A stretch of DNA of 64,000 nt. Source: Trypanosoma brucei. Lineage: Eukaryota. Positions 1 to 10,326 of this stretch are shown piece by piece (position 1 is the first letter of the stretch; each line of letters opens with the position of its first letter). The notes under the pieces are model-generated. The model did not search any database. It had not been told where the DNA came from and saw nothing but the letters and a program-made list of their open reading frames with translations. The translations under genes and the position numbers were made by a program. The stretch is taken from assembly GCA_000002445.1 (NCBI GenBank), contig CH464491.1:320001-384000 (forward strand), written 5' to 3'.

Positions 1-1
1 T

Positions 2-859
2 TGGCAGGATGTTCAATTTCATGAAGCTAACCATTCCGTAGCGGAGATGTGGCCGCGAATCGGTGAGTTGTACCCTGAAGGAATCCGAAACTCTGTGTTT
101 CCGGAAATAACACAGCCGGGCGATACTTCATCTGCGCCTGGTGAACTTGGCTATTTAGCACCTTTCATTGCCGCTCTCAGTCAACACCCGCCTCTAATTC
201 ATCGGCTTCTGGAAACGAAAACACATCCCGTTAATGGTCCATATTCTTTCATCTTTTTTGATCCGAACAGCAACCCTGTTCGTGTTGACATTGATGACCG
301 TGTGCCAGTGGATGCGAAGTGTGAGCCCAAGTTTACACGCGTGCCACACCGGTCTTGGTACCCGCTGCTGCTGGAGAAGGCATATGCGAAGTTTGTTGGT
401 GGGTACGCAAAGCTCGACCAGTGCACACCACACGAAACCCTCCGTGATCTAACGGGCCGTCCAGTGCTACATATCCCTTTTGATGATCGACTCGCAGATG
501 CAGCGAATACGGGTGACTTCCGATCTGTGAAATTCTGGAAGGGGATTAAAAGGAACCTCGCGGCTGGAGATGTGATCACATGCATAAGCAACCACGAAAG
601 TGTGGACGGCCTTCACTCTCAATGCAGTTACGCTCTCCTTAGTGTAATCGAAACTGTGCATGAATCGAATGATGTCTCTGACATCGTGATCAAATTACAC
701 AACTGCTACTACGATAGCCCGACATACGACGGCCCACTGTGTAACGATGATGATAACTGGACCGATGGTTTGAAGAGACTTTGCCATTATAATCCTGAGG
801 AGGATGCACTTTACATACCTGTTCCTGTGTTTCTGCGTAACTTCTCGAGCATGCAGCGC
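2..859 (+). CDS. Calpain-like cysteine-peptidase-family protein, 3' part of an upstream paralogue. It is 5'-partial (runs off the window) and 3'-truncated by the scaffold gap.
   Basis: Frame 2 is open from base 2 (WQDVQFHEANHSVAEMWPRIGELYPEG...) and is homologous to the copy-2 segment LGWQDAEFHDRNRHLADDWVRISELYPEG. From ~200 to 859 it is nucleotide-identical to 4299..4958 (offset 4099). It carries calpain domain II motifs (PFIAALS, GPYSFIFFDPNSNPVRV, WYPLLLEKAYAKFVGGYAKL). Confidence 0.7.
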
Positions 860-959
860 NNNNNNNNNNNNNNNNNNNNNNNNNNNNNNNNNNNNNNNNN
901 NNNNNNNNNNNNNNNNNNNNNNNNNNNNNNNNNNNNNNNNNNNNNNNNNNNNNNNNNNN
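860..959. other. Run of 100 N: a scaffold/assembly gap inside a tandem calpain-like gene array. There is one more isolated n at 1011.
   Basis: Literal n characters in the sequence. Flanking sequences are paralogous calpain-like genes. Confidence 0.99.
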
Positions 960-3900
960 ATTCATAAAGAGGCGGAACAGCTACGGAACTTAAAAAGAGA
1001 CCCGCTTCGTNATAAGAGGGAGATAGATGACCTTGTGGAGCAAATGAATAATACTGTTGGTGAACTTGCCCTGAACTTACTACGTAGCGATCGTGACTAC
1101 TTGCATTTGGCTCCTGAGGGAGTACCGATTGAAGAGCTTCCACTGGAGGTCGATGCAAAGTTTTGTGCTTTGGAGGCGGAGCGTGCAATGTTAAAAGGCG
1201 AGAACAACCCGAAGAATGCGAGTATGATATTATCTTTGGAAGAGAAATTAAATGAGCGTGCTCGCCAGCTGGCTCAAGAGCAACTACTGGAAGACCTGAA
1301 GGAATTGAGTTCTTTTCAGCATTGTGTTCCTCTCTCACTTTTATCGCCTCATACTGACGTTCAGTTTGCTGCTGATGTTGCTGAATTTCGACGACTGAAA
1401 AAAGAAGGGGAGCAAAACACCCCTGCCATTCAGGGCGTTGTCGGGAGACTTAACGCACGTGCGAATGAGCTCGCGGAAGAGTATTTGCGTACCGATCGCG
1501 CATCGTATCTTAACCCTGAACAACTTGGTGTGCCACTTGACTTGCTATCTTTGGACACAGACTCTGAGTTCGTGTCACTGGAAGCTGAAAGGCTAAAATT
1601 GTTGTTGGACAGAGATGGTTATGTGTCTTATATTAATGTGTTGGAAACTCGTTTGAATGATAGGGTGCGGGAGCTGTGTCGTCTGAGTCTACTTGATTTT
1701 CCCGAATTTTTGTTGGATGTGTCGAACTTTGGGGTTCCTTTGGAGGAACTGTGCCTCTTCGAGGATGATGGTTATCGGCGTCACATTTGTTCGTGGTACA
1801 AGCTTCGTAGGACCCCGGAGGTTGATAACGAACGCATTTCTTGTGAAGCTTGTATTGTTGAAATAGTTCGGGAAAAAGCAAAATTGTATACTGAGGAGAT
1901 ACTTCGATCTCTTCCTCTCGTATATCGTGGTATACCGCTACGTGATGCCGATTTGTTTCGGAACGATGGTTTTATTAATAGTGTTAAACGTTTTCGGCGC
2001 GCCGTTCGTGAAAAGCGGGATGAGAGTGAGATTGTGGAGGCCGAAGATAATATGAAAAATATAGCATTTGATATAATTGATGGTTTGATTTTAAAGGAAC
2101 GTGGCAGTCTTGACCAAGAGCCGGAAGGAATATCTATCAATAACGTTCCACTTGATTACGACAACGCCTATCTTGAGATGGAAGCAGAACTCCATAGTCT
2201 TTTAAAGCAACAATCCATGTGTGAAGCGGCTTCCATATTGCAACTCCGAAAAGCAATGAACGACAGGGTACACCATCTTGCCCTTATTGAGCTGGCGAAG
2301 ATGAGGACTTTCTTGGACCCTGAGATATTCGGCATACCCATTAAAGATCTTCGTCTTGAAGGTGACATGGACTTCCGGAACGCGGAAATTAGTCGATATA
2401 AAAAATTAAAAAATGAGGCAAATGCTGATGTGAAAGACCTTGAAGTTTTAATGACAGCACGTGCACTTGAGGTAGCGAAGGCTTTTGTTGCGCGAGAGAG
2501 AGCTTTTTTAGAGCCAGAACCACATGGGTTGTTGTTAGAGGAATTGCTTCTAGATACGCATAAGGTGTTTACGGATTTGGAGAGGGAGCGCCGAGTGCTC
2601 CTCAAGGAGCCAGGGTTGTGTGAAAACACTGTGAAAATCAAATCACTGCAGGACAAAATGAGAGCTGTGGTCAACGAGTTGGCGGTAGCGTACGTTGCAG
2701 AGTCCCGTAAGTTCCTAGATCCTGCGCCAGAGGGTGTTCCGCTTGAGGAATTGTCTTTAGACTCGAACGAGCTATTTATTGAATTGGAGAAAAGGCGGTT
2801 TGGGCTCCTGCGGGAGGGGAAGGGAGATGAGGGTAATCTTAAAGATGTCGAGAAAAGTATGCAGGACTGCATTCGTGAGTTGGCTAAGGGGCTTTTGAAG
2901 GAAAATCGTGCCTATCTCAACCAAAAGCCATTAGGTATACCACTTGATTATCTACCCCTCAACAACGACAAGAAGCTCCGTGAATTAGAGAGGAAACGAC
3001 GGGAACTTCTGAATACCTACGATAATGATTCTCCCCAAGTGAAGTCTATAGAGGGGGTGATTATTAAGCGAATTGACAAAATTGCTGCTCGTTACCTTGA
3101 AGGAGAGCGCTCCTTTCTGGATCCTTGTCCACAAACTGTTCCCCTGCGTTACTTGCCTCTTAACGCAGACACCAATTTTTGTTCCCTGGAACAGAGGCGG
3201 AGGGAGCTGCGCAGGGGAGGAGACACTGCCGAAGATGATGCAATGATAAAGGAACTGGAAATTCGTATAAATGATCGCGCTCATGAACTGGCTAAAGAGG
3301 TACTACACAATGGTCGGCTTTTTCTTCATCCTGAAATTCTCGGTGTCGCAGTTTCTGATATTCCTTTGAGTGATCACGAACCGTTTGTTCAACTTGAAGA
3401 AGCTCTGAGAAGAATCAAGGTCGACAACCCAATAAACAGCTTTATGGAGGTTGACCTAAGGGAGAAATTAAAGCAGTGTGCGAGACAGGTAACTGAAAAG
3501 ATGCTCGATGAAGAACGGAGTTTCTTGGATCAAAATCCTTTGGGTATTCCACTGAACAGTTTGATGCTGAATTATGACCCGAAAATGCAAGAACTCGAGC
3601 GAGTGAGAAGGAAGAAACTGCGGGATAAAGTGGACGCTAACGAGGAGGAGAGGGAGATGGTGAGGCGCGTCAACGAGATGGCGGAGGAGGAATTACGCCG
3701 TCAACGTATGTACCTTCCGGCCACACCATTGGGAATCCCATTCCAGTACTTGGGTCTTGACAGCGATGGGAAATTTGGCCAAATGGAAAATTTTCTACGC
3801 ACATTGAAAAGGGATCCTCTGTCGAAAGAAAAAGCGATTCGTGATCAGGAGAACGCAAATAGGCAGTACGTATTTAGAACGGCAGCGGAATACAAACGAA

Positions 3901-5993
3901 GGGAGCGCGCGTATCTTAACCCCGAGCCTAATGGAGTTTCCCTTAAGCGGCTATCCCTAGATACTGATCCCAAGTTTCAGAAGTTAGAACAAATGAGAAG
4001 AATGCTGATGCATAGCTCTGATTCAAATGATGCCCAAATTGGTCATTTGGAACATTTGGCTAACGAATATGTGCTTCAACTCGCTTTGCAACAGCTCGGG
4101 TGGCAAGACGCAGAATTCCATGACAGAAATAGGCACCTCGCAGACGATTGGGTGCGCATTAGCGAACTATACCCTGAAGGTAAATACGTACCCTTTGAAC
4201 CCACAAAAGCTAACGGTTGCTCGGTTGTCTCCGCGCCCAACGACGCAAGTTACCTGGCACCTTTTATCGCCGCTTTGAGCCGCTGTCCAGATATGCTAAG
4301 GCAATTATGTGATACAACATCACATCCCGTTAATGGTCCATATTCTTTCATCTTTTTTGATCCGAACAGCAACCCTGTTCGTGTTGACATTGATGACCGT
4401 GTGCCAGTGGATGCGAAGTGTGAGCCCAAGTTTACACGCGTGCCACACCGGTCTTGGTACCCGCTGCTGCTGGAGAAGGCATATGCGAAGTTTGTTGGTG
4501 GGTACGCAAAGCTCGACCAGTGCACACCACACGAAACCCTCCGTGATCTAACGGGCCGTCCAGTGCTACATATCCCTTTTGATGATCGACTCGCAGATGC
4601 AGCGAATACGGGTGACTTCCGATCTGTGAAATTCTGGAAGGGGATTAAAAGGAACCTCGCGGCTGGAGATGTGATCACATGCATAAGCAACCACGAAAGT
4701 GTGGACGGCCTTCACTCTCAATGCAGTTACGCTCTCCTTAGTGTAATCGAAACTGTGCATGAATCGAATGATGTCTCTGACATCGTGATCAAATTACACA
4801 ACTGCTACTACGATAGCCCGACATACGACGGCCCACTGTGTAACGATGATGATAACTGGACCGATGGTTTGAAGAGACTTTGCCATTATAATCCTGAGGA
4901 GGATGCACTTTACATACCTGTTCCTGTGTTTCTGCGTAACTTCTCGAGCATGCAGCGCTGTCACATAAACTGTGGCGACCGTCTGACTGCGCCTGGTGAG
5001 TGGACTGGGGTAAGCTGTGGAGGAAACCCGAAGTTCACAACTTTCCGGAACAACCCCATCTATCTTGTGGAAAACAAAACCTCCCGTCCCGTTACCATTC
5101 TTGCTGAGCTGCGGCATCATGCGCCAGCATACCGTGACCCTGACGATGTAAATCACTATCACCAGTCTGGGCTTGCACTGCTAAAGGCGATAAACACGCG
5201 TATGCCTGTGAGTCCGATCTTGACAAGTGTGACACACCGCTTTTTGCATAGGGGCATGATGTTGGATGCACGGGAGGTGTGTGCTCAAATGGAGTTGCCT
5301 CCGAGTACCACGTGCTATCTCGTCCCATATACGTTGGGTCGTGAGAACTATGGAAAGTTTCACATATCTGTGTACCCCGGTCTTGCAAAGGTGAATCTTG
5401 CCCCTCTTCGAACTGCGGCTCTCTTTGCCTCTCCTGTTGTTATTTCTATGTCGTTGAAAACGGAACTGCGGAACGGTGTGAAGGTTGAGTTTGTTGTGAG
5501 CAGAGCATGTGATGCTCATGTTTTGCTTTGTCAGAGACGACCAAAGGTTATTGATGTATGTAAAAGTGATTTACTCGGTGATTTCAGTGTTAACATGGCA
5601 GTTTATGATGAAAATGGAATCCTGTTGATGAACACAGGGGAGCCTAGGAATGCGCGGGAGGTTGCGGTTTCCTTCCGAGTTCCCCAGCAAGGTTTGTATT
5701 CTGCTGTAATTATGGCTCTTGGCGTGGATCGCCGAGGAAATCATAGAGGATGTCCCTGCCACCTAACGATATTTACGTCGAAAAAAGCGAAAGTGAGACT
5801 CCTTGGTACGGTCCCTAATTTTCCCAGGCGTGCAACACCAAGAACCTCTATCCGAAGTCAGTCAGCGGAAATCATGACACCAGTTAGTTTAACACCAAGA
5901 GACGGTCCCAAAACTGCAGGTTCGTTTCATTTGCCGTATATTTCCGGTGGACAGTCAACGACAGACTCTCCTTTTGTAATGGGCATAAAATGA
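960..5993 (+). CDS. Large calpain-like protein with a central array of ~68-aa repeats and a C-terminal inactive calpain core (domains II+III). Similar to the H49/ClpGM6-type cytoskeletal calpain-like proteins of trypanosomes. The 5' end is lost in the gap.
   Basis: One continuous ORF from the gap to the TGA at 5991-5993. It has ~15 units with consensus (F/Y)L(D/N)PxPxG(V/I)PLxxLxLDxDxxFxxLExxRRxL at ~205-nt period. A calpain-like region follows (4140-5990) with the catalytic Cys and His positions substituted. The ORF-track start at 804 is an artefact of reading through the Ns. Confidence 0.8.
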   Translation: MHKEAEQLRNLKRDPLRXKREIDDLVEQMNNTVGELALNLLRSDRDYLHLAPEGVPIEELPLEVDAKFCALEAERAMLKGENNPKNASMILSLEEKLNERARQLAQEQLLEDLKELSSFQHCVPLSLLSPHTDVQFAADVAEFRRLKKEGEQNTPAIQGVVGRLNARANELAEEYLRTDRASYLNPEQLGVPLDLLSLDTDSEFVSLEAERLKLLLDRDGYVSYINVLETRLNDRVRELCRLSLLDFPEFLLDVSNFGVPLEELCLFEDDGYRRHICSWYKLRRTPEVDNERISCEACIVEIVREKAKLYTEEILRSLPLVYRGIPLRDADLFRNDGFINSVKRFRRAVREKRDESEIVEAEDNMKNIAFDIIDGLILKERGSLDQEPEGISINNVPLDYDNAYLEMEAELHSLLKQQSMCEAASILQLRKAMNDRVHHLALIELAKMRTFLDPEIFGIPIKDLRLEGDMDFRNAEISRYKKLKNEANADVKDLEVLMTARALEVAKAFVARERAFLEPEPHGLLLEELLLDTHKVFTDLERERRVLLKEPGLCENTVKIKSLQDKMRAVVNELAVAYVAESRKFLDPAPEGVPLEELSLDSNELFIELEKRRFGLLREGKGDEGNLKDVEKSMQDCIRELAKGLLKENRAYLNQKPLGIPLDYLPLNNDKKLRELERKRRELLNTYDNDSPQVKSIEGVIIKRIDKIAARYLEGERSFLDPCPQTVPLRYLPLNADTNFCSLEQRRRELRRGGDTAEDDAMIKELEIRINDRAHELAKEVLHNGRLFLHPEILGVAVSDIPLSDHEPFVQLEEALRRIKVDNPINSFMEVDLREKLKQCARQVTEKMLDEERSFLDQNPLGIPLNSLMLNYDPKMQELERVRRKKLRDKVDANEEEREMVRRVNEMAEEELRRQRMYLPATPLGIPFQYLGLDSDGKFGQMENFLRTLKRDPLSKEKAIRDQENANRQYVFRTAAEYKRRERAYLNPEPNGVSLKRLSLDTDPKFQKLEQMRRMLMHSSDSNDAQIGHLEHLANEYVLQLALQQLGWQDAEFHDRNRHLADDWVRISELYPEGKYVPFEPTKANGCSVVSAPNDASYLAPFIAALSRCPDMLRQLCDTTSHPVNGPYSFIFFDPNSNPVRVDIDDRVPVDAKCEPKFTRVPHRSWYPLLLEKAYAKFVGGYAKLDQCTPHETLRDLTGRPVLHIPFDDRLADAANTGDFRSVKFWKGIKRNLAAGDVITCISNHESVDGLHSQCSYALLSVIETVHESNDVSDIVIKLHNCYYDSPTYDGPLCNDDDNWTDGLKRLCHYNPEEDALYIPVPVFLRNFSSMQRCHINCGDRLTAPGEWTGVSCGGNPKFTTFRNNPIYLVENKTSRPVTILAELRHHAPAYRDPDDVNHYHQSGLALLKAINTRMPVSPILTSVTHRFLHRGMMLDAREVCAQMELPPSTTCYLVPYTLGRENYGKFHISVYPGLAKVNLAPLRTAALFASPVVISMSLKTELRNGVKVEFVVSRACDAHVLLCQRRPKVIDVCKSDLLGDFSVNMAVYDENGILLMNTGEPRNAREVAVSFRVPQQGLYSAVIMALGVDRRGNHRGCPCHLTIFTSKKAKVRLLGTVPNFPRRATPRTSIRSQSAEIMTPVSLTPRDGPKTAGSFHLPYISGGQSTTDSPFVMGIK
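1096..4130 (+). repeat. Coding tandem repeat array, ~15 degenerate units of ~204-207 nt (68-69 aa).
   Basis: Recurrent FLDPEPxGVPLEELxLDxDxxFxxLExxRR blocks beginning near 1100, 1305, 1510, 1715, 1920, 2125, 2310, 2505, 2710, 2915, 3115, 3320, 3525, 3715 and 3910. Confidence 0.75.
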
Positions 5994-8167
5994 TTTTTTT
6001 TTCCAGCCTCCAGGCAAGTGAAACCATCGTTATCGTTTTTTTTGTTTTTGTGATCGTTTTTTTTTTGTTCTGTCGTCTCTTTCGTCATTTTGTGTGGGAT
6101 CCTCAAAGTATAAGTGCTTTTTTTCCTTTCTTTCGACGGCCTTGTCACGCGGTCGACATCGTATTATCGTAGCGCAAATGCGCGATTAATGTTTTCATTC
6201 TTTGTATTGATGCACCCAACGGCGACAAGTATAGTAATATTCTACCACTATTCTTCGCAAACGCACTTTCCCCCCTTTTTTATTTGTAGTGTGTTAAAAT
6301 GGTAGCAGTTTGCTGACTTGCGTGTGTATGAGGTATATACCTTCATTCTATTTGTTATACTCGCTTTTTTGCTATATTCGTTATATTCTCTGCCATTTTA
6401 CCTCCTTTACTCTTAGCAAGTGTCCACTTTTCCGTATACTTACTCATTTTTTTACACGTGTTCCTCTCTTTTTTTTTTCTTGAGTGTAATATCTTGCCCT
6501 TACATGTTTGTATTTATTTAACCTTTATCACCGCACGCTTCGTTGGCCAGATGATTGTAGTTTGCGCCCTATGATTTTTAGCTTTTTTGTGTGTGCTTTG
6601 CGTTCACACTTTTATGCGACGCATTTATTCCGTTGTATCGATCATTTTGTATCGTGTCACTGTAACATCAACAACGGACAATTAAAATGAATTTGTTCAC
6701 ATATTTATCACTCGTCCGGCGCTTTCAAGAATTTTTTTGAAAAGACAATTTTTACTGCTAGTTTGCATAATTTAATTCTTCCTAAAGGTGGTTCGGCAAC
6801 TGTAACGGGTCTGATGGGACATAAAATACTTTTTTTTAAAAAAAAGAAAAGGAAGGAAGAAAAAAAAAGACAAAAAGAAATGAGGAATGACGCTGCAATA
6901 ACTGACAGCCTCTCATTTATTTCGTCATTCCTTTTACATGCGCTTGTGTTTATTATTTTCGTATCTTTCTGAAGGGGGAAGAGAGAGAAGGATAATTCGG
7001 CATTGGGCATTTGAAGGAAATGACAGGAAGGGTGGTGAAGGGAATTGTTTCGTTTTCATTTTGAAGTAGAGACAATAATCGCAAATAAACGGAATTATTA
7101 TTATTATTATTTAGTGCTTTGTTTCAAAAATACGGACCTCTTTTTTTTTTGTATGTGTGCTTTCTTATTTTGATTTTCCTATTTTTTCTCCTCCTTTTTT
7201 TTAAAAAAAAAGAAACTTTATCTGCCCTGTTTTTTTTAATTCCACAGGAACAGATGCACGTTTTGTTGATGCAACGGCAATTGATGCGGATTTTAAGCAT
7301 ATCAGCACGCTGCCATAGTCCAAAGAGGGAGTAAAACATCATCTAATGTTTTTATTTTGAGTATTTATTTGGTATTCCCTTACACACTATTTTTTTTCGG
7401 GTCTATTTCCCTGTCGCCGACCGTTTTTTTTTCCCCCTCTTTCATTCTATTTTTTCCATTTTCATTGTTAGTGAACCAATGATATCAAGATTATTTATAC
7501 TTTTTGTTGTTATTGAACAAGTGCGAATTGTTTTACTCCAAATCCAATTCCTTCAAGGTGCTTTTTTTAAAAAAATATTATTACTCTTCATGTTAACATT
7601 AGAGTTAAATATTTTATTGTTCCCTCTTCTTTTCCCTTGCTGTTTTTTCTTCCTTCTCGTTGGGGAACCAAAACGTGCTGAACAAAAAAAAACAATCAAC
7701 AAAAGGGAAGGTGTAGGACAATAGGAAAGATTAGAAAGACCAGAGAAAGAAGCCGAATCAGTACGAAGGCCAAGCAGAGAGATTGCAGTAGTTAAATAAG
7801 AGAGGAATAAGCAAGAAGAAGGATAACGCGGTTTCATACGTTTATTTTTTGTGTGGTCCTGACAACACCGGGCTCTCTGTGTTTAAAACAAATTTACTGG
7901 TACTTGTGTGACCAAGTGTGTCGAGCCATTAAAACGCACAGGACATTAGACAGCTAAGAGAACAAGGAAGAGGTTTAAGTTGAATAAAGAGGGTTATTGT
8001 GAGCAGAAAATATCATCACTGTACCGCCGAGATAAATCTAAAAAGAAAAAAAAAAGAGAAATTAACAACCCTTTCCTCCAGAGAAAAAAAAAAAGAGGAA
8101 AAGAAGAGGGCGAAAGAAGAGTCAAAATAAACAATCAAGATATTGGTGGTAGAAAGTGTTTTGAATC

Positions 8168-9166
8168 ATGCAAGGGCAAAACCAAGCAGCAGTGGATGGC
8201 ACTATGGCCTACACCTTTCAGCACCCACCACAGGGGTTCTTACACGCACAATACAGGGATCCTCACAGCAGTGTAGGCCGTAAGCAATATGCCAATATTA
8301 TGCATGACCGTCGTGTGTATCGCGGGAATACGTACGCCGCCGTGCCCATGTCAACATATGCGCGAGACGAGGAAGAGCGAGTGGTTCGCGAGGCAAACAG
8401 ACGTCGCAAGGAACTTCAGCAGCGGGCCACTTCTATAAAGCGTCGTAAAGAACTTGACGCAGCCCAACGGAAACTTGCGACTCCGCCCCCCGTTGTTGGA
8501 CGGCAGCACATAGAAGTACAAACGGAGGAATTCCTCGAGGAACTGAAGGATGAGGTGGAAGTGGTTCAGCAGGAAACACAAACTGATCCCCTTCTCGACC
8601 GCCCTGCGACACCACCGTATGTTCCTGTAAAGTCTGGTCGTGATGCGGAGTCGCAAATTAATGAAGGAGATTTGTTTCACTTCGACGACGCCGTTGACCC
8701 GATTCTCGATGTTATGGTTGGAAAGACACTTGAACAAGCGATGTTGGAGGTATTGCAGGAGGAAGAACTGGAACTTCTGCGGCAGCAGCAACTGGAGTTT
8801 GAGCAACGACGCAAGGAGGAGTTACTGGAGGCACAGCGACTTGAAGCTCGTGAGAAACGCCTCTTTGAGGAGAAGGAGCGGCGGAAAAAGCAGGAAATCG
8901 AGCGCATCAAGCGCGAGAAGGCTACACGTGAGAAGCTCCAGGCCCGTCAGTTTGCCAAGATGTATTTAATGAACCTCGAAAACCGTGTCTTTGCAAGGCT
9001 TCAGGATGAGGGCTGGTTTCGTGATCGCGTATTACACGAGGTGGAGTTTGACTTCTTCCCGTGGCTCATGGATCAGGTCGCGGTGGAACTTGAAAAGAAG
9101 CAGCGGGCGCGTGTGTTGGTAGACGATCTCATTCGCCAAGTAGTTGCCATACAGTTGAATAGCTGA
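8168..9166 (+). CDS. RSP3: Radial spoke protein 3 (axonemal radial spoke stalk/AKAP).
   Basis: Carries the motif ANIMHDRRVYRGNTYA, characteristic of RSP3 (Chlamydomonas NIMFDRRVVRGNTYA). An acidic/coiled-coil C-terminal half follows, as in RSP3. The ORF is ATG-initiated and 332 aa. Confidence 0.8.
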   Translation: MQGQNQAAVDGTMAYTFQHPPQGFLHAQYRDPHSSVGRKQYANIMHDRRVYRGNTYAAVPMSTYARDEEERVVREANRRRKELQQRATSIKRRKELDAAQRKLATPPPVVGRQHIEVQTEEFLEELKDEVEVVQQETQTDPLLDRPATPPYVPVKSGRDAESQINEGDLFHFDDAVDPILDVMVGKTLEQAMLEVLQEEELELLRQQQLEFEQRRKEELLEAQRLEAREKRLFEEKERRKKQEIERIKREKATREKLQARQFAKMYLMNLENRVFARLQDEGWFRDRVLHEVEFDFFPWLMDQVAVELEKKQRARVLVDDLIRQVVAIQLNS

Positions 9167-9170
9167 GATA

Positions 9171-9185
9171 TAAATAAATAAATAA

Positions 9186-9218
<33 letters not shown>
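9171..9218. repeat. (AAAT)6 followed by an (AT)~14 microsatellite, immediately 3' of the RSP3 stop.
   Basis: The tract aaataaataaataaataaataaatatatatatatatatatatatatatata is seen directly. Confidence 0.95.
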
Positions 9219-9220
<2 letters not shown>

Positions 9221-10292
9221 CATATGCATAAATAAAATATGTGTATTTACATGTATTTATTCACTTTTTCTACTGTTGGAGAGGTAAAAGGAGAGTATGC
9301 ACTGACCAACGGCTAGTGCTGTGGTTAAGCGGCACGATACAATGAAGGGAAGCGAAGGAGGAGCGGGATATCGTCGGCCCGCAACCGGTTAGAGCAGAAA
9401 TAATGAATGAAAGACACGTGAGAAGGAAAGAGGATGTTAGATGTTAATCTTTTCCTTTAAGCGATTCCATCCTCTCTTCTGCTGCACTCTCTACTTGTAC
9501 GATGTCAATTTCTCACTCCTTCAACTTTTTAGGCTTGTGAATTTGCTCGCTATTTTTATCATCCTTTTTGTTTTTTTGTGTGTGTTTGTGGTTGTCGCCT
9601 TTCTTCCTACAGTCACCGCCCCCCTATTCGCTTCTCTTTCGGATCACGCTCTCCTTCTCGTCATTTGAGCATATGTCACCGCCAGTGTTATTGGCATGTT
9701 TCAGAGAGTTAAACCATTTCAAACTTTCTTTTTACTGCAGACGCTGTGTAGAACGGTTAGAGACAAGTTTATGGTTGGAAATGGCGAGAAACTTATTGTT
9801 GATCTTCTTACGGTGCTGCTGCTTCCGCAAATAGTTGTTTTACTCGCCGTTTTCACATGAGACTGTTTTGTTTCGTTTTTTGCAATTTTCTCACCAACAG
9901 TCGCTGTTGTCGTTGCGTGTGCGAAGTCATTTTTTTTTTTTTTTGATTCGTGCCGTGTCGTGTTCGGTCATATTTTCTTTGTGTGTGCTTGTGACGTCTT
10001 TTCTTCGTTCCGTCTCATGTAGTTGAAGCTATTGAGGGAACAAGCGAATACGTAAAGCACTCGTGCACAAAGAAATCTTTAAAGGAAAAACGAAAGAGAG
10101 AAAAAACACGTGTCAGCTCTTGAGGTAATTCAGAGAGGCTACATGTATATTTATAGCAGTTCTGTCACTACCAAGATTGCCATGCACGTGAAGAAGAAAA
10201 AAAAAGGAAACTGAGGGGTACTTGTATATTGAGGGATGATAATTAGGAGGGGGTGAAACATGAGGCAGCACCTTCATGTTTAATATAAGAAT

Positions 10293-10326
<34 letters not shown>

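Noticed and set aside
194-661. Minus-strand ORFs (79-146 aa), duplicated at 4250-4760.
   Set aside because: They lie antisense within the conserved calpain core. The duplication merely reflects the 4099-nt repeat, with no independent coding evidence.
804-859. ORF-track start MHFTYLFLCFCVTSRACS fused through the N-run to the 1729-aa protein.
   Set aside because: The frame continuity is produced by the X-translated gap. This stretch is the out-of-frame 3' end of calpain copy 1, not the start of the repeat-bearing gene.
9370-9400. tRNA-like D-loop string (ccggttagagcag).
   Set aside because: No acceptor stem, anticodon arm or T-loop in the flanking 80 nt.
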